The translations under genes were made by a program, and so were the position numbers. Of a DNA stretch of 43,928 nucleotides, positions 37,352 through 43,928 are shown in pieces. The number at the start of each line of letters is the position of its first letter. The first letter of the stretch is position 1. The notes beneath the pieces were generated by a model. That model saw only the letters and a program-made list of their open reading frames with translations. It did not search any database and was not told the origin of the DNA. The DNA comes from Methanoregula sp. (GTDB lineage Archaea; Halobacteriota; Methanomicrobia; Methanomicrobiales; Methanospirillaceae), in NCBI GenBank assembly GCA_039698055.1, contig JBDKTL010000049.1, positions 1 to 43,928 of the forward strand. The letters are read 5' to 3'.

Positions 37352-37774
37352 ATGATTGCTATCCAGACCGAGGATGCAGACATCGGCCAGTTGATCGACG
37401 CGGCAAAGAAGCGCGGCACAGGAGCGATTGTTGTGTTCGACGGTATCGTCCGTGACGACGATATCACGGAGATGGAACTGGAAGCCTACGAAGAAGTTGC
37501 TATAAAAGAACTGGAGAAGATTGCCGGGGAGGCAACGGCCAACCACAATCTCCTGTCTGTGGATATTATCCACCGGATCGGGCGCTTATCCGTGGGAGAA
37601 AACATCCTGATCATCGTTGTGAGCGCCGGGCACCGGAAAGAAGCATATGCCGGGTCCCGGTTCATTATCGAAGCCATCAAAGCCGGCGTCCCCATCTGGA
37701 AAAAAGAGCTGACAAGAGATGGCGGACGGTGGGTGCCGGGCGATCATGCACATGGGGCGGGAAAACCCCTGTAG
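37352..37774 (+). CDS. moaE: Molybdopterin synthase catalytic subunit
   Basis: GAIVVFDGIVR, LEAYEE, HRIGRL, SAGHRKEA, PIWKKE. Confidence 0.92.
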   Translation: MIAIQTEDADIGQLIDAAKKRGTGAIVVFDGIVRDDDITEMELEAYEEVAIKELEKIAGEATANHNLLSVDIIHRIGRLSVGENILIIVVSAGHRKEAYAGSRFIIEAIKAGVPIWKKELTRDGGRWVPGDHAHGAGKPL

Positions 37775-37912
37775 TTCTTTTTTCTGCGATTATTTTTCCT
37801 GATACTTTTTTCATGCACAAAAAATCCAGAGAAATCATTTAATTAAAAATGGTACTGGCGCTACGAAATCCAGGACGGGGATGACGTGCCTTCTCCACGG
37901 TCAAAAAAATTT

Positions 37913-38788
37913 TCAGATATTGATATTGAGCGCCGCCCGGATGAACAGCCCGATGACAAATGAGATGGCGGCAATCCCGAAACTGATCGCTGCCATCTCC
38001 GCAAAACGCCGGTAAAACGGCAGGTCCTTTGCCACCGATATATAGAACGTGAACACAAAGATCACGACAACTGCCCCCGCAAGCGTGAACACAAGCGCTG
38101 TATAGGGACTCGTGAGCAGCAGAAACGGGAGGATAAGCAGGGCAACGGTGGCGATATACGTGATACCGGTATAGATGGATGCTTTGACCGGATTTGTCCC
38201 AAGCGTTGTCTCCGATCGCTGGGACAGGTATTCGGAAGCAGCCATCGAGAGCGATGCCGCGACCCCCATAATGAGCCCGGCAACGGCGATAATCTGCGTG
38301 TTCTGGATCGCAAAGGTCAGCCCGGCAAGTGTTCCGGTGAATTCTACCAGTGCATCGTTGAGCCCGAGAACAACCGAGCCGACATACCGCAACCGCTCCT
38401 CATCGATCATGCCGATGAGTTCTTTTTCGTGCGTCTCTTCATCGGCAAGCATTGCCGGCATTTCCGGGATTGCCGCGATGAGTTCCGGGTCTTTTCTCTG
38501 GGCCCGGTTTTCGACGCCTTCCATAAGTTTTATCGCAAACGTCATCCCAAGGAGACGGGCGATGACACAATAATAGGCGATCCTGAGCCGGTCGGGTTCA
38601 ACATCCCGGAGCGTATAACTCTTCCATATCATGTAATGGCTGTGCTCTTCCTTTGCGATACGCGATAATACATCCCGGTTGTGTTCATCGCTGGTTGAAG
38701 CCGCAATCGCGGTATAAATATGGTATTCGGTAATCTCACTTTTCTGGCGGGCGAGAATATTTTGCTCGTGTATGGTGCTTGTGGTCAT
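37913..38788 (-). CDS. Rubrerythrin-like + VIT1/CCC1 iron exporter (MbfA-like)
   Basis: N-terminal ExxH pairs (EEHSH, DEETH); VLGLNDALVE, SMAASEYLS; five TM helices. Confidence 0.85.
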   Translation of the reverse strand: MTTSTIHEQNILARQKSEITEYHIYTAIAASTSDEHNRDVLSRIAKEEHSHYMIWKSYTLRDVEPDRLRIAYYCVIARLLGMTFAIKLMEGVENRAQRKDPELIAAIPEMPAMLADEETHEKELIGMIDEERLRYVGSVVLGLNDALVEFTGTLAGLTFAIQNTQIIAVAGLIMGVAASLSMAASEYLSQRSETTLGTNPVKASIYTGITYIATVALLILPFLLLTSPYTALVFTLAGAVVVIFVFTFYISVAKDLPFYRRFAEMAAISFGIAAISFVIGLFIRAALNINI

Positions 38789-38853
38789 CTGCTACCGGCT
38801 CCTCTGGACAAGTTGAAGAGTTTGTATGATGCGATATCGGGTGGATGAAGTTT

Positions 38854-41427
38854 TTACGCAGGTTTGTTTATAGGTTCGTTTGGCAGTAACATTTCGGGGG
38901 CTTGGCGCGGACCGTTCCCGGCATGATAGTACCAGGCAGTGTGATGGAAACGGTACCTGTCAAAAGGAACAAGGATCTCGAACCGGGCCCCCGTGCCCGG
39001 TGTACCGTTCTCGGTAATGGAAAGGCCGGTAATGGCAAGTATTTCCCGTGTTAAAAACAACCCCAGTCCCGTATGTTTGCCAAATCCTTTACTGAACAGT
39101 TTTTTCTTGTCCTCATCTGCAATACCCACGCCGTTGTCGTAATATACCAGTTTCATTTCCTGGCCGGATTCATTGATTAAAAAACCGATCTGCGTAACAT
39201 GACCCCCGTGTCGCAGGGAATTCTCGATAAGGTTGTAAAACACTTTTTCGATCAACGGGTCTGCATAGAGTTCAAATCCGGAAAATGTGATATCGATCCC
39301 GATACCATCCAGCGGCAGTTGGGATGTCGATGACCGGATGGATTTTTCCACGTCGACCCATGCCGGGTCTTTGACCCCGATATCCTGGTAGAACCGGGTA
39401 AACTCAATCTGTCGTTCGATTGCTTCTGCAGCTTCTTCTTCCCTGGCGATGAATGCAAGCAGTTGTGGGTCTGTTGACAACTCCCTGGTAAGTTCCAGGT
39501 ATGCTCTCAGGCCAGTGAGTTTGTTTAAGATATCATGCCGGGTGATTGATGAGAGCATGTTGAGTTTTTCATTTGCTGCACGGATTGCCCCTTCCATCTT
39601 TTTACGGTCGGTGATATCGATGATAACCCCCACCAGTCCCTCGACATGCCCCTCGCTGTCGGTGAGGGTTGTTTTATTAAAGATCACATCATGCATCGTT
39701 CCATCTGCATGCCGGGCTTTAGCCTCATAACTCTCGGTACCGGGAGAAGTGAAAAGTTCCCGGTCTTTTGCAGAATAGATATCTGCAAGATCTTTTGGGG
39801 CAGTATCGTAGACGGATTTGCCGATCACCTTCTCTCTTGGAAGCCCGATATATTCGAGGAAGGCGGTGTTGCATCCGGTATAGTTCCCGTTCTTGTCCTT
39901 GTAAAAGATCGGGTTTGAGATGGTCTCGATCAATCGATGGAGGAACCGTTCACTTTCGGCAAGTTCTTTTTGTGCTTTTTTGCGCTGGGTAATATCTACA
40001 GCCATACCCCTGAAACCCAGAAGTATCCCGGTCTCCCCAAAAACCGGTTTTGAATAAATCTCAAGAATGATTTTTTCTTTTGTCTGGTGATGCACTGCCA
40101 CCACCTCGAAAGATTGTACCGAGGTGTTTTGTGCAGTAAGATAATTTCGTATCCAGTCCCGTTTTCCCGGGGGATATAAATCCATAATTGATGCATGTTC
40201 AAGTTCCTTTCTTGTGTAACCAAGAAGCAGCTCGCTTTGAGGACTGATATAGACAAATTTTCCGTCGGGGTCAATTTCCCAGATAATGTTTGGGGAAGTC
40301 TCAACAATCGCCCGGTACTTGGCCTCACTTTCCTGCAGCGCACGTTCTGCACGTTTTCTTTCGGTAATGTCCCGCATGAGATGAACACTGCCGGTGATGT
40401 TCCCGGTAACATCATGCAGTGAAGAAACCGATATGAGGAAATCGCCGTTTAATGAATCAAGGTGAACTTCCTGTGTTTCTGTGATGTTTTCATTCGTGTG
40501 GTGGGTAAGCGGACAGATATTGACAGGGGTATTTGTATGGTCGATGACCTCAAAACAGATCCTTTTGACTATTTTTTCCGGTGGCAGCCCGAGACGATCT
40601 GCCATTGCTTTGTTTACCCGCAGGATGCGGTAATTGCGGTCAATAATTGCTATTAAGTCAGGGACCGCATCAAATGTCCGTTCCCATTCATTCTTTGCGT
40701 TGAGTATCTCATTTTCGAACCGTTTGCGCTCAGTTATGTCATGGCCGATTGCCGATGCACCTATGATCTCATTCTGGCGGTTTTTTATCGGTGAGATGGA
40801 TAGGGAAACATGGGTTGTTTTTCCCTCTTTTGTTATCTGCTCGGTCTCGTGACGCTCGATAATTTCATCGTTACGTACCATTCCAAGAAACTGGGGAATT
40901 TCCTGTGACCGGGAAGGCGGGGATAATTGCGAGATCGGTTTTCCAACTATTTCTCCTTCGGTAAATCCATAGAGGCGCGTGGCAGCATTGTTCCATTCGG
41001 TGATCGTGCCATCGAGTGCCAGACCGATGATTGCATCGTTTGATGAGGTTACAATTGAAAAAAGCCGGCGGCACATCTGGGTGTCGTGGTGTATTCTTCC
41101 GCTCAGGTAAGAAACGACCCCGGCAACGATGATAAAAACGACCGCCCGGGCCACTGCCGAAGGGAAAACGTCGGGTGAGGGAGAACCTGCCAACACCACC
41201 ATGCCGCAATAGATTGCGGATAATATTACCGCAACGGGAACGCCATGGCGGGGATAATAATATGCTGCAAGGATTATGGGCAGATAGAACAGATGCGGGA
41301 GAACGTTCGTAATCCCGTTCTCAAGACCATAGAAATTAATCAGGGTGGTAAATGCCGCACTGGCGATGATAAGAGCGGGGATAAGGTAGGGCTTTTTGTA
41401 CACTTCATCCAGATATAAAAAATCCAT
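38854..41427 (-). CDS. Membrane sensor histidine kinase with four PAS domains
   Basis: Four N-terminal TM helices; four PAS/PAC units ending DITERK/DITQRK/DITDRK; H-box RHDILN; NLIENSLRHG, DNGVG, GLGL. Confidence 0.9.
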   Translation of the reverse strand: MDFLYLDEVYKKPYLIPALIIASAAFTTLINFYGLENGITNVLPHLFYLPIILAAYYYPRHGVPVAVILSAIYCGMVVLAGSPSPDVFPSAVARAVVFIIVAGVVSYLSGRIHHDTQMCRRLFSIVTSSNDAIIGLALDGTITEWNNAATRLYGFTEGEIVGKPISQLSPPSRSQEIPQFLGMVRNDEIIERHETEQITKEGKTTHVSLSISPIKNRQNEIIGASAIGHDITERKRFENEILNAKNEWERTFDAVPDLIAIIDRNYRILRVNKAMADRLGLPPEKIVKRICFEVIDHTNTPVNICPLTHHTNENITETQEVHLDSLNGDFLISVSSLHDVTGNITGSVHLMRDITERKRAERALQESEAKYRAIVETSPNIIWEIDPDGKFVYISPQSELLLGYTRKELEHASIMDLYPPGKRDWIRNYLTAQNTSVQSFEVVAVHHQTKEKIILEIYSKPVFGETGILLGFRGMAVDITQRKKAQKELAESERFLHRLIETISNPIFYKDKNGNYTGCNTAFLEYIGLPREKVIGKSVYDTAPKDLADIYSAKDRELFTSPGTESYEAKARHADGTMHDVIFNKTTLTDSEGHVEGLVGVIIDITDRKKMEGAIRAANEKLNMLSSITRHDILNKLTGLRAYLELTRELSTDPQLLAFIAREEEAAEAIERQIEFTRFYQDIGVKDPAWVDVEKSIRSSTSQLPLDGIGIDITFSGFELYADPLIEKVFYNLIENSLRHGGHVTQIGFLINESGQEMKLVYYDNGVGIADEDKKKLFSKGFGKHTGLGLFLTREILAITGLSITENGTPGTGARFEILVPFDRYRFHHTAWYYHAGNGPRQAPEMLLPNEPINKPA

Positions 41428-41867
41428 GTGATCCTCCGCATAGTCTGTAACTCAGTTCTTCTCGTTATCATTTAATTCTCTTGATTCAGGACGTCCGGAT
41501 ATAGGATACAGCCGTTAAATTCCGATAAATACCGGGTTTGAAACGAAAGAATCGCGATCAGCGTGTACGTCTCGCCTTGCAGGAAATGACTTTTTATTCT
41601 GTTTTGATCTTCAATATTCTTGTCGTGGTTTATGAGAAGATTTTAAAAATTATTGCATGAACGGGAATCCCTGATATTCTGCACAGTATATTGATGGGTA
41701 TATGTGAAAAATGTGACCGTGTGCTTAAGGAAATACAGGTTCGGGACAAAAAAGGATGGATCACGTTTTTTTTAAAGAGAACAGCATCTGTCGGATAATG
41801 TTACGACGCTCTGCACGGGCCAAATATTCCGGTGCGTTTCCTTTAACCGGGGGAAACCTCATCCGGG

Positions 41868-42317
41868 TCAGGAAAGGGCCATGTCGCCCTGTTCTCCGGT
41901 TCTTATCCGGATGGCACCGATCATCGGGCAGATAAAGATCCTCCCGTCGCCATGCCGGCCGGTCTGGTTGACATTTACAATTGCCTGGACAATACGGCTT
42001 ACTTCTTCGTTATCGGCAACGATAATAAGCATCCGTTTTGGCAGGAATCCAAATATGAGATCGGTGTCCGGCCCGTTGGGGAGTCCGGCAGCCTCATTTC
42101 CGTCATCCGATTCCTTCCTGTCATTGCGGGAGCTTGTAAACGGCTTCCGCAGGTTCAGGTTCAGGTATCTGCCTGTTTCCCCTGCGCTGACCCTTCCTTT
42201 CTGTTGGCCGCGCCCGGTTACGTACAGGAACGTGACGCCACTGATACCGACGGCTTTTAATGCCTCCTTGGTATCTTCAATCTTTTCGTCACGGATGATG
42301 GCAATGATCTGTTTCAT
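41868..42317 (-). CDS. PII-family protein, NifI2-like (long T-loop)
   Basis: MKQIIAIIR, VTGRGQQKG, LPKRMLIIV, NQTGRHGDGRIF, IRIRTGE. Confidence 0.8.
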   Translation of the reverse strand: MKQIIAIIRDEKIEDTKEALKAVGISGVTFLYVTGRGQQKGRVSAGETGRYLNLNLRKPFTSSRNDRKESDDGNEAAGLPNGPDTDLIFGFLPKRMLIIVADNEEVSRIVQAIVNVNQTGRHGDGRIFICPMIGAIRIRTGEQGDMALS

Positions 42318-42324
42318 GGGTTTG

Positions 42325-42672
42325 TCACGTCACTTTTGCTGCGCCGGCAGTCCGGATGGCAAACGTATCCTCTACGTAGGTGACGAAGATCTTTCCATCA
42401 CCGATAGTCCCTTCACCGGGTACGTTCTTTGATACAGTCTTTGCTTCAGTCCGAATGATCATAACCACTTTTGCCACTTCGTTATCCGGTACCACGATCA
42501 TCAGCATCTCTTTTGGAATTTCCGTGTAATGTACTGCTTCAAAGGTAATTCCCATCTCCTTGCCGTGACCTGTTACATGGAGGCGGGTCATGCCTCCGAT
42601 GCCAATAGTATCAAGGGCCTTTATCACTCGTTCCGCCGATTCAGGACGGATTATTGCCCAAATCATCTTCAT
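42325..42672 (-). CDS. PII-family protein, NifI1-like (divergent)
   Basis: MKMIWAIIRPE, GIT...HYTEIPKEMLMIVV, GDGKIFV. Confidence 0.8.
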   Translation of the reverse strand: MKMIWAIIRPESAERVIKALDTIGIGGMTRLHVTGHGKEMGITFEAVHYTEIPKEMLMIVVPDNEVAKVVMIIRTEAKTVSKNVPGEGTIGDGKIFVTYVEDTFAIRTAGAAKVT

Positions 42673-42927
42673 GGTATGTGCTCACCCTTGTCCTGTCTTT
42701 TTCTTTGGGGAACACAGGCTTCCCACGACATCATGGGATAAAAAATCGTTTTGCAATGTTTCCATTTCTTCATAAAAGAATCCGGAACAGAATTATCGTG
42801 CTTTATTCTGGTGGTTCCTGCACTGGTATACTTGCGATCTCTGAATGCAGACCGGGGAGTGGGATACTCCCCGGTCTGCAACAGAAGAGGTGTGCCTGGA
42901 TATTGGTTTTGTGTGTGGTTCTCTGCT

Positions 42928-43257
42928 TTACACCTCCGTTTCCCCGGTACGGATGCGGATTGCGCGTTCAACGGGAATAACAAAGATCTTTCCGTCCCCA
43001 ATCTTCCCGGTCCGGGCCGATTCGGTGATGATGCCGATCACTGCATCAACGTCTTTTTCATGGATTATGATCTCTATCTGGATCTTGGGCAGCATGTCGA
43101 CGGTCATCAGGCCTCCCCGGTATTCCAGGGAGATGCCTTTCTGCTCGCCCCGTCCCCGGACCTCGGAGATGGTCATACTGATGAAGCCTTTGTTTTCCAG
43201 CGCTTTTTTGATGTATTCAAACCGTTCCGGTTTGATGATTGTTTTTATAAGTTTCAT
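42928..43257 (-). CDS. glnK: PII nitrogen regulator (GlnK-type)
   Basis: VRGRGEQKG, YRG, LPKIQIEI, ARTGKIGDGKIF, IRIRTGE. Confidence 0.88.
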   Translation of the reverse strand: MKLIKTIIKPERFEYIKKALENKGFISMTISEVRGRGEQKGISLEYRGGLMTVDMLPKIQIEIIIHEKDVDAVIGIITESARTGKIGDGKIFVIPVERAIRIRTGETEV

Positions 43258-43384
43258 GATGATCCCTCCTGACAAGTATCCCCTGCGATGTTTGTTGAGG
43301 ATACCGGAAGTCCCATTGATTGGTAACAAGGGCACAAGACCATGATGTCCGTTTTTAAAAACGGGGAAATGATTTCCCTGTTTT

Positions 43385-43928
<544 letters not shown>

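Noticed and set aside
41428-41867. 440-bp AT-rich intergenic region as a possible sRNA or small gene
   Set aside because: No ORF of 60 aa or more, and no convincing hairpin or repeat seen; consistent with ordinary promoter/terminator sequence.

Overview
Gene-dense archaeal chromosomal window. The gene content (NusA-like factor, Dph5, archaeal pilins with PKD/PA14 domains, SAMP/UbaA sulfur relay, NifI/GlnK) points to a hydrogenotrophic methanogen of the Methanomicrobiales, probably Methanoregula-like; this assignment is inferred. Left to right: an AT-rich ~1 kb islet with a truncated transglutaminase-like lipoprotein and a remnant resembling the C-terminal tail of a solo Cas1/casposase; a frameshifted SnoaL gene; CDGSH and isochorismatase genes; leuCDB; housekeeping genes; a DtxR-FeoA/feoB unit followed by two degenerate KaiC/RAD55-like domains, one fused to an MglA-like small GTPase; a complementary cis-prenyltransferase pair; three pilin-adhesin genes; SRAP plus a small Cys-rich gene with an in-frame amber codon; nadA-thiN-like-AIRS; a large sulfur-trafficking cluster (ThiS/TtuA, FdhD, LarE, HTH regulator with twin TCACAATTGTGA palindromes, IscS, IscU, UbaA/MoeB, MoaD, MoaE); VIT1; a PAS histidine kinase; and amt followed by four tandem PII genes. 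No rRNA, tRNA, CRISPR array or intact mobile element was recognised. All calls come from motif reading by eye; no database searches were run.
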